Shown: one piece after another, positions 19,178 through 27,948 of the stretch
Layout of the letters: the number at the start of each line of letters is the position of its first letter
Position numbering within the stretch: position 1 is the first letter of the stretch
From: a virus
Lineage: Duplodnaviria; Caudoviricetes
Direction: 5' to 3' (one strand)
Length of the DNA stretch: 64,000 bases
Virus record (IMG/VR): IMGVR_UViG_3300043434_000734
Location: 1 to 64,000 of that record
Translations under genes and position numbers: made by a program
The notes under the pieces: generated by a model
Databases searched by the model: none
What the model saw: the letters and a program-made list of their open reading frames with translations, nothing else
Told to the model about the DNA's origin: nothing

Positions 19178-20437
19178 TTATTGAGTTTTTTCGTTATAGT
19201 TAAACATTCTTTTCATTTTCTCAACTTCTTCGTTGATATTTTTTGTTTTAACAGGAACGGATTGTTTTGGATATAACTCTCTATTATCCTTATCTTCTTT
19301 TCTATCTATTGCTTGTTTTTCTAATTTTTTAGCAGTGTCGGTTTTAATAGTATTACCCGATTTTTCTTCTGACTCTTTACCTTTATCGGCACCATTTGTA
19401 GGTTCAATTGATGGTTTCTCAGTTGTTGAGGCGTTACCCATAATAGTATCTCCCTCTAATGCCATTTTTAACCTTTTCTTAAATTGATCAGATGGTTCAA
19501 TATCGTAATCTAAATTTTGTAAACCGGCAAAATTCTTTGCCACTTCATCGTCCTGCTCTTTAGTATTTTGTCTTGCAACTTTTTCGCCTTTACCTATTGC
19601 CTTCGGGAATTCAGGATTATCATTACCGTCAAAACTCATTGACGTTGAGATTTTTTTCTCAACTGCGGATAAATTTTCTTTATTTTCTTTACCACTTTCG
19701 ACGTGTGATTTTTTTGCGGCATCTAAACCGGGTATCGATTCATTAACCATTCTACCGATTAGTGCAATTAATTCAGATTCTTTTAAACGTAACGTTTTCT
19801 TTTTACTTTCGTTCATTGTACTATTACATTCACAAACGTCTTTACCACATTTTTCACAAGTTTCTTCTTTCATTTCACTATTCCCACACTCATTACACTC
19901 TTCCTCTTCTTTTGGTTCTTCTTTTTGACCTTTCAAAATTTTAAAATCTTGTCCGTCTATTTTACCGTTATGGTTTTTGTCTAACTTCTTTTGTCCACCA
20001 ATTAACTCCTCGTCCATTTGTTTAGTCCAACATTCTTCCACATCATATTCTTTACCTCCTACCGAAAACGTTTTTTCGCCAGCATCTTTAGCCGCCTTAA
20101 GGGCTCCTGAGAACTCATTACCTTCCATTGGTTGTGTATTTTCCATATTGTCTGTTTCTTCTAATTGGTCATTCATTTCGTCAAGTTTATCTAACATATC
20201 TTCGTGAGATTCGTAAACACCCTTCTCAATGATTAATTCTTTACCTGGATGCATTTCTTTAAATTTATCCATATCATTTTCAGCATCTTCCTGAGTTTCA
20301 TAAGTACCTAATGGCACACCTTCACATTTTATGTGATAAACCTCTTTCTGTGTGTTTTCCGACTCACTGATTATGGTTTTCTTAACCTCATCTGAAACGA
20401 TGTTTTCTATAATTTGTCTTAATTCACTTACTTTCAT
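19178..20437 (-). CDS. Acidic putative internal head/virion protein with an EF-hand-like loop
   Basis: 419 aa; DKNHNGKIDGQD loop; CxxC clusters; repeated (I/L/M/V)NE and ISE motifs; TATTTATT upstream. Confidence 0.5.
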   Translation of the reverse strand: MKVSELRQIIENIVSDEVKKTIISESENTQKEVYHIKCEGVPLGTYETQEDAENDMDKFKEMHPGKELIIEKGVYESHEDMLDKLDEMNDQLEETDNMENTQPMEGNEFSGALKAAKDAGEKTFSVGGKEYDVEECWTKQMDEELIGGQKKLDKNHNGKIDGQDFKILKGQKEEPKEEEECNECGNSEMKEETCEKCGKDVCECNSTMNESKKKTLRLKESELIALIGRMVNESIPGLDAAKKSHVESGKENKENLSAVEKKISTSMSFDGNDNPEFPKAIGKGEKVARQNTKEQDDEVAKNFAGLQNLDYDIEPSDQFKKRLKMALEGDTIMGNASTTEKPSIEPTNGADKGKESEEKSGNTIKTDTAKKLEKQAIDRKEDKDNRELYPKQSVPVKTKNINEEVEKMKRMFNYNEKTQ

Positions 20438-20439
20438 AT

Positions 20440-21276
20440 CTAAATAAATATCTTGTTAATATCATTTAATACAATTTTTTCAATTTCTTTATATGAAATT
20501 CCGTATTTCTTTGATATCTCATTAATTGTATCCTTTATTTCTTTATTTTCACTCACGAATTCAATTGCACCGGTATTCCCCTGATTACAATAAGGATATT
20601 TTTTACACTTTTCTTTAACCTTCACAAAAACACTGTCAGGACCTCCCCATTTAGGAAAATTCTTATCTTTTACCGCCCTACCTTTATATATACTATCAGG
20701 ACCATCGATTTTTAATGGATTTTTACGACCTTTTGACGTTGTTCCAAATGCTGGAACATCATACGAACCCGAAGAACTCGCGTCGGTTACTTCATCCAAA
20801 TCCATATTTGGGATTGATGTTATTTTCTTCCTAATAATTTGTTGATTCCCACCTCCCATTAACGGTCCTTCGAAAGACCCCGATGACCCACTGTCGGTCT
20901 CATCAACTTCCATAGGTTTGTTTTTCTCAGTTAAATCAACAACCCACAATTTCGGATTTATCCCTTTTAGTAACAAACCTGACAACCTCGTATTACCCCC
21001 TAATAAATCATAATCAGTGTCACTAAATTTAACTACTATCGGTATTTCAACTTCACCTTTTTCAAATGCCTCTTCAAATCTTTTTTTCTTATCGTCTTCT
21101 AAATTTTCAAAATCTAAATCAATATTACTTAAAACACCTTTGATGTTGTCGTAATTACTAATTTCAAAATTATTTTGTGCAACTTCTAACCACCCTTTTT
21201 TACCCATTTTTTCAAATTCACGATAACGTAAGGCCTCAGACCACTCTTCATTAAAATTAGGTTTCGTATATTTCAT
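20440..21276 (-). CDS. Hypothetical protein with a possible ParB/sulfiredoxin-like N-terminal domain
   Basis: IPIVVK....YDLLGGNTRL resembles the ParB-N PI.V.....GxxR motif. Confidence 0.45.
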   Translation of the reverse strand: MKYTKPNFNEEWSEALRYREFEKMGKKGWLEVAQNNFEISNYDNIKGVLSNIDLDFENLEDDKKKRFEEAFEKGEVEIPIVVKFSDTDYDLLGGNTRLSGLLLKGINPKLWVVDLTEKNKPMEVDETDSGSSGSFEGPLMGGGNQQIIRKKITSIPNMDLDEVTDASSSGSYDVPAFGTTSKGRKNPLKIDGPDSIYKGRAVKDKNFPKWGGPDSVFVKVKEKCKKYPYCNQGNTGAIEFVSENKEIKDTINEISKKYGISYKEIEKIVLNDINKIFI

Positions 21277-21515
21277 TATTTAACTGATTTTAATGCACTT
21301 TCCCAAAATGATTTTCTTTGCCAAAGTGTTTTAAATAATTCAACGACGACTTTGGTCGATAAATCAACTATTTTATCATCAATCTTTTTTGTTCCCAACT
21401 CTTGTTGTACTTGTTTAATAACAATCTTATGAGCCTGAGTCGAATCCATAAAATCCTTGATTTCCTTTCTAGTGATTCTTTCTATTTCTTTTTTATCTAC
21501 GTCAGTAAGTGCCAT
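21276..21515 (-). CDS. Hypothetical protein
   Basis: 79-aa ORF with stop/start coupling. Confidence 0.7.
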   Translation of the reverse strand: MALTDVDKKEIERITRKEIKDFMDSTQAHKIVIKQVQQELGTKKIDDKIVDLSTKVVVELFKTLWQRKSFWESALKSVK

Positions 21516-22045
21516 TAGTTATTATTTCTATTTTGAATTAATGGTTCTAATGAAGTTTTAAAAGTCTCTTCAAATTTTACCAATTTTTCTAACATTAACC
21601 CAACGTTATTTTCTAATTTTAACATTTCCGCATTAATGAATGTACCACTATCCTCACCAGCAATTAAAACAAAACTAATGTCTTCGTCAGTTAACTTACC
21701 GTCTAATCTAATTTGATTTGAATTAATGGTCATACCAGGTTGAAAATCGACAATTTGTGACACTTGTTGTTTGAAATTATCAATTAACCCAGAAATTGAT
21801 TCTTTTTGTTCATCTGTTAATTCCATATCTGCCTCATCAGATGATAACATTTTCACCTCAACGTCGTTAATTACAACAAACCCTCTTTCCTGTTGTTTTG
21901 GTTCGTTATTTTCCGAATCTATCGGTTCTTGTGTATTCACTTGTTCTGATAAAGTACGATATGAAAATTTTGATTCATTAAGATTTCTTAATGTATTCAA
22001 CATTTTCTTTGTTTGATCATACGTCGATGGTTGTTTCTTTTGCAT
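21515..22045 (-). CDS. Hypothetical protein
   Basis: 176-aa ORF with a coupled stop; the start could be the second Met. Confidence 0.7.
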   Translation of the reverse strand: MQKKQPSTYDQTKKMLNTLRNLNESKFSYRTLSEQVNTQEPIDSENNEPKQQERGFVVINDVEVKMLSSDEADMELTDEQKESISGLIDNFKQQVSQIVDFQPGMTINSNQIRLDGKLTDEDISFVLIAGEDSGTFINAEMLKLENNVGLMLEKLVKFEETFKTSLEPLIQNRNNN

Positions 22046-22637
22046 TGTTAAAAAATATTCTAAAATTAAATGATGGGTTTATATCTGTATAAATAGTTGA
22101 AAAATTAGATTTACATACAATTCCTTTGAAATTAGATACGTTTTCTAAATATCCCTGAGATGGGACCACTTGTTTAAAGATATTATGTTTATCACATAAA
22201 AATTCACATAACTCAGAAATAGATGAAAGTTGGGTTTCTCCATATTTATCCCAAAAATAATGACCTCTCCAATTACGGATATATGGTTCAGACCTATACG
22301 GGTCACCAATCCAATTATTAAGAACTCCTGTGATAGTGTTTTTATTTAACCAACCTAAGTTCTCAATTGCAATTTTAATTATCTTCTTATCATCATTAGG
22401 TTCCCCAAATGTAACGGAACTATAATCAGTGTCAAATAATTGATAAACCATACCTAGCTTAGAAACAACAAAATGGGGTACGTCTTCGTACAACCCATTC
22501 TTTCTGTACTTTATCATATTGATAAAATCGTCAGATCTTCTTTGTGTATCGTATAGGAAAATTTGAGTTTTCTTAGATTTCTTACGAATTATGTTTAATT
22601 TATCGCTATCTAAAACTTCTACGTCGTGAACTAACAT
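22017..22637 (-). CDS. Amidase_2/PGRP-fold protein with degenerate Zn ligands
   Basis: Motif order of Amidase_2 (QIFLYDT, PHFVVSKLGMVYQLFD, IAIENLG, Y.ETQL.S..ELC..LC, GIVCKSN, DINP), but with YDT and CKS where HHT and xHS are expected. Confidence 0.65.
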   Translation of the reverse strand: MLVHDVEVLDSDKLNIIRKKSKKTQIFLYDTQRRSDDFINMIKYRKNGLYEDVPHFVVSKLGMVYQLFDTDYSSVTFGEPNDDKKIIKIAIENLGWLNKNTITGVLNNWIGDPYRSEPYIRNWRGHYFWDKYGETQLSSISELCEFLCDKHNIFKQVVPSQGYLENVSNFKGIVCKSNFSTIYTDINPSFNFRIFFNNAKETTIDV

Positions 22638-22860
22638 TTCTTGATATTACTTTTTTTACCGGCTCAGGTGTAACCGTTATTTCATCCTCCGATGTTGGTA
22701 TAATGACTTCGTTATTCTCAATGTCATAAATGACTTGATTTGGGTTAACGTCATCGGATACTTCCCAATAAAGATTTTCACTCTCCTCTTTAGAGTCTTG
22801 AAATTCTAACGTTGGGGTTATTATATCTCCTATTGATATCGGTAAAATTTCCAATTCCAA
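22606..22860 (-). CDS. Acidic ORF without ATG; probable frameshifted C-terminal extension of 22878-24533
   Basis: The frame is open upstream to the A10 run and is -1 relative to the upstream gene. Confidence 0.5.
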   Translation of the reverse strand: MELEILPISIGDIITPTLEFQDSKEESENLYWEVSDDVNPNQVIYDIENNEVIIPTSEDEITVTPEPVKKVISRNVSSRRRSFR

Positions 22861-22877
22861 TGTTTCCGTTTGGGACT

Positions 22878-24533
22878 CTAGTTTTTTTTTTCGTCATCCT
22901 CTTCAGGTGACGTTTGGGGTTCTTCCTCGACATCTTTATCAATGACATTATTGACAATATCCAACATTTGGTCAATTTCTTTTGTTTCCGATTGATAGGT
23001 CGGTTCATCTATTAAAGATTCACTATTAAATTCATCAATTGCCTCAGATATAAAATCGTCATTGAATGTTAATTCGGGTTCATCATTGATTGATTCATCT
23101 ATTGAGGTGATGGATTCGTCATTACCTTGGAAATTATTTTCCAAAATTGGTTCCATTGTGGAAAAATTTTGATTTTCTTCCTCAACTGTTAATTCTTCGT
23201 GGAAAATATTTTGTAATTCTTCATCAGTTAAAAACGATTCTTCATCTTCCAACCCATCCATTAATGTGACGTCCCAAATAGAATCTTCCTCATTGAAATT
23301 ATTTTGAATTTGTTCCGTCATTTCAAATGCATTATTAGGTTCTACCGTAAAATCATCACTAACAATTGGTCCCGCATAAGGTTCCTCATCTCTTTCAAAT
23401 TCTTCACGTTCTAATTTTTCTCTAATTCCACTATTGGCTAAAGCTCCTATTGGTTCATCTTCAGGTAAAATAGGTCCGTGTAACGATTCCCTATATTTCT
23501 CAATCTGTTCCATTCTTTCAAATGTTTTTTTCATTTGAATTTCTTGTGCTCTTTTTAGAATTTCCTCGTCACTTATAAAGTTCTCAATATGAGTGTGTTT
23601 TTCTCTAACTTCGTCACTATATCTTTGTGCCGCCTCTTTTAATTTTTCGTTGGGTACTGATGGATTTAGTAGGATAGATTCAAGTTTATTCAAGTCCTCT
23701 TGTGATAATTTAATTCTTGCGGTCTCATCAACGAATTCTTTTAAATCTTCAGGGTTTGATAATAGTTCTGAAATCGGTTTAATCTCGTCTTCTTTTCGTT
23801 TACCACCAATTGATAATTGGTTGAACGAAATAATAAGCGCAACCGCCAATGGGTCAAACACAACAACAATTAGTATGATAAAAAATTTAACAACTGAATT
23901 TAATTCAACACCAAATGCGTCGGCAACAAACCTGAAACCACCAACTTCCCTCTCAATTTCAATGTTATTATTTTTAATTTCATTTATCTTGCCATTATAT
24001 ACAACGATAGAATCCTGAAGTACATTTATTTTATTAGAAATTTTTGTTGATTGTCTATCTCTATTATCTGCGGATCGTATTAAACGACTATTAACATTAC
24101 CTTTCGTAATTAAAGTGTTTTGAGTGTTTGACAAATCCTTTTGTTGACCTTGTAATGTGACAATTTGGTCATTAGTTAATTTAATTTTATTATTCCAAAC
24201 GTCAATTTCACGTTGTACTTGTTCTAACTTTAAATTTTGTTGTTGAAACGCATTTGATAGATAACCAAAAATGCCTGCGGAAGTTATTAACATTAAAATA
24301 ACCACGGCAGATGTTAAATACCATTTATTCAAACCTCTAATTTGGTCCCACTCTTGTTTAAGATAGGTGGCCGTTACTAACTTAGCAAATTCCAATGAAC
24401 TCGCCATTACCATAACCGCAATCGCTGCACCACTAAATAGTACACCTAAACCCGTCACAGAGAAATAAGCGGCACTACCAGCAATTAAAATCGCAGCAAG
24501 GGCCACTAAAGTTTTTAACCAATTATTATTCAT
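22878..24533 (-). CDS. Multi-TM membrane protein with coiled coil and long acidic tail
   Basis: Three N-terminal hydrophobic helices, a coiled coil, a fourth TM (FFIILIVVVFDPLAVALII) and an E/D-rich C-terminus. Confidence 0.8.
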   Translation of the reverse strand: MNNNWLKTLVALAAILIAGSAAYFSVTGLGVLFSGAAIAVMVMASSLEFAKLVTATYLKQEWDQIRGLNKWYLTSAVVILMLITSAGIFGYLSNAFQQQNLKLEQVQREIDVWNNKIKLTNDQIVTLQGQQKDLSNTQNTLITKGNVNSRLIRSADNRDRQSTKISNKINVLQDSIVVYNGKINEIKNNNIEIEREVGGFRFVADAFGVELNSVVKFFIILIVVVFDPLAVALIISFNQLSIGGKRKEDEIKPISELLSNPEDLKEFVDETARIKLSQEDLNKLESILLNPSVPNEKLKEAAQRYSDEVREKHTHIENFISDEEILKRAQEIQMKKTFERMEQIEKYRESLHGPILPEDEPIGALANSGIREKLEREEFERDEEPYAGPIVSDDFTVEPNNAFEMTEQIQNNFNEEDSIWDVTLMDGLEDEESFLTDEELQNIFHEELTVEEENQNFSTMEPILENNFQGNDESITSIDESINDEPELTFNDDFISEAIDEFNSESLIDEPTYQSETKEIDQMLDIVNNVIDKDVEEEPQTSPEEDDEKKN

Positions 24534-24536
24534 ACA

Positions 24537-25346
24537 TTATAAATAGTTTAAGAGACCGAAACTCTCATTTCTTAGTTTCTTAATTGCCTTATCACGTAAT
24601 TGTCTAATACGTTCTTTTGTACAACCAAACTCTTCACCTAAATCTTCTAAATTAGACTCTACACCGGTTAATCCATAGTATCTTTCAATAATCGTTTTCT
24701 CTCTTTCATCTAATACACTCAACATTGCTGCCACTTTTTTCTTAATCTCTTCAGGAGAATTTACCATTGCGTCGGGTCTTTCTGCGTCAACATTAGGAAT
24801 CACATCAATTAATTGGTCACCTTCTTCATTAATTTCTTTATATAACCCCACACAATACGGTAAATTACTTGAGGTGGGTTCGTCACTATTATTAATGTGG
24901 AATTTATCTTCCTCGTTTGTTTCTTCTTTTTTCGCCTTCTGAGCCTCTTGTACTAAATTAGACGGTAGTCGAATAGTTCTTGCATTCTCATTTAGTGATG
25001 CCATAATTGATTGTCTAACCCACCAAACAGCATATGAAATAAATTTCAAACCGCTCGTTGGGTCAAATCTATCCGCCGCCTTCATCAAACCAATATTACC
25101 TTCAGATATTAAATCCATAATATCCATACCTTGGTTTTGATACATTTTTGCAACCGAAATGACAAATCGTAAATTACCTTTTACCAATTCATCATTTAAT
25201 AACTTTCTAGTTGTCTTATCCGTTTTTTTATCGTTTAACGCCTCAAAAATTTCTTCTTGTCTAAGATGTGAAATAACCGGAATTTTACGAATATCCTTAA
25301 TGTATTGTTGGATTTCGTCGGTGTTGGTAATAGTAGATTTGGCCAT
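24537..25346 (-). CDS. RNA polymerase sigma-70 factor (RpoD/RpoS-like, no region 1.1)
   Basis: Region 1.2 YIKDIRKIP; region 2 NLRFVISVAK..DLISEGNIGLMKAADRFD..KFISYAVWWVRQSI; region 4 LEDLGEEFGCTKERIRQL. Confidence 0.92.
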   Translation of the reverse strand: MAKSTITNTDEIQQYIKDIRKIPVISHLRQEEIFEALNDKKTDKTTRKLLNDELVKGNLRFVISVAKMYQNQGMDIMDLISEGNIGLMKAADRFDPTSGLKFISYAVWWVRQSIMASLNENARTIRLPSNLVQEAQKAKKEETNEEDKFHINNSDEPTSSNLPYCVGLYKEINEEGDQLIDVIPNVDAERPDAMVNSPEEIKKKVAAMLSVLDEREKTIIERYYGLTGVESNLEDLGEEFGCTKERIRQLRDKAIKKLRNESFGLLNYL

Positions 25347-25387
25347 AGTTGTGGTGTGGTTTAATAATTAAAAATACAAAAAAAGAA

Positions 25388-25840
25388 TTACTTTGCAAAA
25401 TTATCGAGAAATTTTTTTTCTGAAGGTGTTAAACTTTCAACACCATATTCCTCGATTTTTTCTAAAATGGAGTCCAAATCAAATATTTGTGGTTCCTCAC
25501 TATATTTTGTATATTGAATTTTCATCATTAATGGGTCCATTGATGATGGTTTAAAAATGAAATCATTGACGGTGTCAGGTAGGAACACACTAACTAATGA
25601 ATTCTTTTCAAATAGGAAATAAAATTTAACACTGTCATTTTTTGTTAATTCGTGAATTTCTTCGGATAACTTACCGTGGTCTACGTTTGAATCAAAAATT
25701 ACTATCACGTTTTGATTGTTTTCAATAACATAACGAACCGAATTTATTGATTGTGCTTGTCCCAAAACATCTAAACAAAAAAATTCAACGTCTCCGTGAT
25801 CTTCAAATACCCCAAATAGGAATAATAAATATGTTCTCAT
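25388..25840 (-). CDS. Hypothetical protein with DUF6576-like C-terminus
   Basis: C-terminal DLDSILEKIEEYGVESLTPSEKKFLD resembles the LDKI...G..SLT..EK.FL motif. Confidence 0.55.
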   Translation of the reverse strand: MRTYLLFLFGVFEDHGDVEFFCLDVLGQAQSINSVRYVIENNQNVIVIFDSNVDHGKLSEEIHELTKNDSVKFYFLFEKNSLVSVFLPDTVNDFIFKPSSMDPLMMKIQYTKYSEEPQIFDLDSILEKIEEYGVESLTPSEKKFLDNFAK

Positions 25841-25859
25841 ACTAAGATTTAGTATATTG

Positions 25860-26492
25860 TTATTTTAATTTTATTTTCCAATAAACACCTCCACCAATAT
25901 AAGGTGTAAATGTTCCGTTAACACCGTCTGTAGTTCTATTTGCCACACCTAAATCCACGTGAAATATTTTATCCTCTTTTGTTTTAAACAACACCCCCGT
26001 ACTTATATGTGAAACTAAGTCAGGACTACTAAACCCACCATTGAATCCAAAAAATACTTGACTCTTTTTAGGTTCTTTAGTGTAGATGGTATCCTTAACT
26101 ATCATTCTCTTTATATCACTAATAAATTTACGATTAACCACTGAATTTTTAGATAACGTATCAATAATTGTTACTGTACCTTGATTATTGGGTAATACTA
26201 ATACTTCTTTATGTGGTACTTTTGTGAAGTATATTTTTAGTATTTCGTTAGTGTCGACAGGTTGGACAATAGGTACCTCTACTTTCCTCTCAACTTCAAC
26301 AGGTACTTCCACCTCAACTTCCACCTCAACTAAACTATCAACAGGTATTGTGTCGTGTACAGCATATGGGATTGAGTCAATCTTTAAAATTGTTCTATGT
26401 GGCATAAATCCTTTAGGATTCATCAATTCCACGATTGCAATTAAAATCAGAATAACAATAATAAGATGTCTGACATCTAAAAGTTTCTTCAT
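25860..26492 (-). CDS. N-terminally anchored membrane protein
   Basis: N-terminal TM, VEVEVP tract, and a beta-strand-like aromatic C-terminus (YIGGGVYWKIK). Confidence 0.7.
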   Translation of the reverse strand: MKKLLDVRHLIIVILILIAIVELMNPKGFMPHRTILKIDSIPYAVHDTIPVDSLVEVEVEVEVPVEVERKVEVPIVQPVDTNEILKIYFTKVPHKEVLVLPNNQGTVTIIDTLSKNSVVNRKFISDIKRMIVKDTIYTKEPKKSQVFFGFNGGFSSPDLVSHISTGVLFKTKEDKIFHVDLGVANRTTDGVNGTFTPYIGGGVYWKIKLK

Positions 26493-26914
26493 TACTTAAC
26501 AAGATATAACGTCGTAGTTATTATTGCAACCGCAATGCCAACAAATGACCCCGCCTTATAAAATTTAGTCTTCAACTGTTGTACTTTGAGTTCCTTTTCC
26601 AAACTCTTAGACATATCAATCGCCAAATCTCTTTGTTGAGTTGTTTTATCGATTATAGTATTAAGATTAAGAATTTTTTGATCTTTAAGTGAATCTTTTT
26701 GACTATATAAAGTTATTTGACCTTTTTGTAAATCGATAACTTTATTGGCCTCTAATAATTCTTGCTTGGCACCATCCCCTTGTAATAAATCCTTAATTAC
26801 TAACTTTGCTATCGGTACCTTTAAGGGTACTATCGAGTCCGTTTTCGTAACGGTCTGAGAAAAACTTGATAAGGTCGTGAATAGTATAATCGTTAACAGC
26901 TGTAACTTTTTCAT
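26492..26914 (-). CDS. Signal-peptide coiled-coil protein with C-terminal TM (spanin-like candidate)
   Basis: MKKLQLLTIILFTTLSSFS|Q signal peptide, coiled coil, C-terminal FVGIAVAIITTTLYLVK. Confidence 0.6.
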   Translation of the reverse strand: MKKLQLLTIILFTTLSSFSQTVTKTDSIVPLKVPIAKLVIKDLLQGDGAKQELLEANKVIDLQKGQITLYSQKDSLKDQKILNLNTIIDKTTQQRDLAIDMSKSLEKELKVQQLKTKFYKAGSFVGIAVAIITTTLYLVK

Positions 26915-27176
26915 TTGTTTGATTTTTGATAATTGTTATGTTTTTATTTACGTTAGTAATGTCACCTTCAATTTTAGTAATTTCATTATCTACCGTAGCA
27001 ATGTGATTGTCAATAAGTTTGTTTGCGTTTTCAACCGAATCAATCTCGTTTTGTAGTGAGTCTATTTTACGATAGTACCCTTCTACATCTGTCTTAATTG
27101 AGTTAGATTGGAACAAACTGTATAAAGCAATTGCACCAACAATTAATACGAGAATTAGAGTTTTATTTATCTTCAT
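26793..27176 (-). CDS. Type II membrane coiled-coil protein (i-spanin-like candidate)
   Basis: N-terminal TM plus heptad coiled coil; overlaps the next gene by 122 nt in another frame. Confidence 0.6.
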   Translation of the reverse strand: MKINKTLILVLIVGAIALYSLFQSNSIKTDVEGYYRKIDSLQNEIDSVENANKLIDNHIATVDNEITKIEGDITNVNKNITIIKNQTNEKVTAVNDYTIHDLIKFFSDRYENGLDSTLKGTDSKVSN

Positions 27177-27202
27177 AATTACTTTTATATATAAATACGA
27201 AG

Positions 27203-27225
27203 AAAGAGGACTTTCGTCCTCTTTT
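27203..27225 (-). terminator. Hairpin terminator after clpP
   Basis: AAAGAGGAC-GAAA-GTCCTCTTT on the minus strand; short U-tract. Confidence 0.6.
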
Positions 27226-27228
27226 GTA

Positions 27229-27903
27229 CTAATTCTTCTTTTTAACTATCTCATCAATAATTCCGTAGGATAGTGCCTCTTCAGCACCTAACCATAAATC
27301 TCGAGATGCGTCACCCTTAACTTGTTCCGCCGATTTTCCACAATATCCACCTAATAATTCAAAAAGGGTATCATTAATCTTTTCCCATTCTTGGAATGTG
27401 ATACGTGCATCTTGAATATTACCCCCTGCACCTCCTGATGATTGGTGTAACATTGTACGTGAGAATCTTAAGGACCCTCGTTTACCTTTAGTTCCTGCAC
27501 CTAATAGAACTGAACCCATAGATGCTGCCATTCCCGTATTAATTGTACGGATATCCGAACGAATATAATCCATCACATCAACCATTGATAAACCAGACTT
27601 AACTGAACCACCCGGACTATCAATGTGCATTGTGATATCGTTTGTGTCTAAACTATCTAAGAACATTAGTTGTGCCTGTGTCACTACGGACATATGGTCG
27701 TTAACCTCACCAGCCACCCAAATAATACGTTCCATCATTAGACGTGAAAATACGTCCATAACGGTCACATTCATTTGTCTTTCCTCCAAAATATATGGGG
27801 TTAAACTACTTTCAATTCTCTGATTGTATCTGTGTAAGTCTAATGAACTGATACCGTGGTCTTTACTATAAAGACCAAAATCTTTTAATTCTTTTGGTGT
27901 CAT
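27229..27903 (-). CDS. clpP: ATP-dependent Clp protease proteolytic subunit
   Basis: DVFSRLMMERII, DSPGGSV, MAASMG (catalytic Ser), MLHQ (His), RDLW; N-terminal extension of the kind recalled for Bacteroidota ClpP. Confidence 0.95.
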   Translation of the reverse strand: MTPKELKDFGLYSKDHGISSLDLHRYNQRIESSLTPYILEERQMNVTVMDVFSRLMMERIIWVAGEVNDHMSVVTQAQLMFLDSLDTNDITMHIDSPGGSVKSGLSMVDVMDYIRSDIRTINTGMAASMGSVLLGAGTKGKRGSLRFSRTMLHQSSGGAGGNIQDARITFQEWEKINDTLFELLGGYCGKSAEQVKGDASRDLWLGAEEALSYGIIDEIVKKKN

Positions 27904-27924
27904 AAGTTAGTTTTTGTTATAGGA

Positions 27925-27932
27925 CAAATATA
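27925..27932 (-). promoter_or_regulatory. Bacteroidota-type -7 promoter element upstream of clpP
   Basis: TATATTTG matches the TAnnTTTG consensus, 21 nt upstream of the ATG. Confidence 0.45.
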
Positions 27933-27948
27933 GGTTTTTTATTTTTAA

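Noticed and set aside
22790-23008. 72-aa minus-strand ORF in the track
   Set aside because: Third-frame overlap of the 551-aa gene and its -1 extension; basic, stop-poor by-product.
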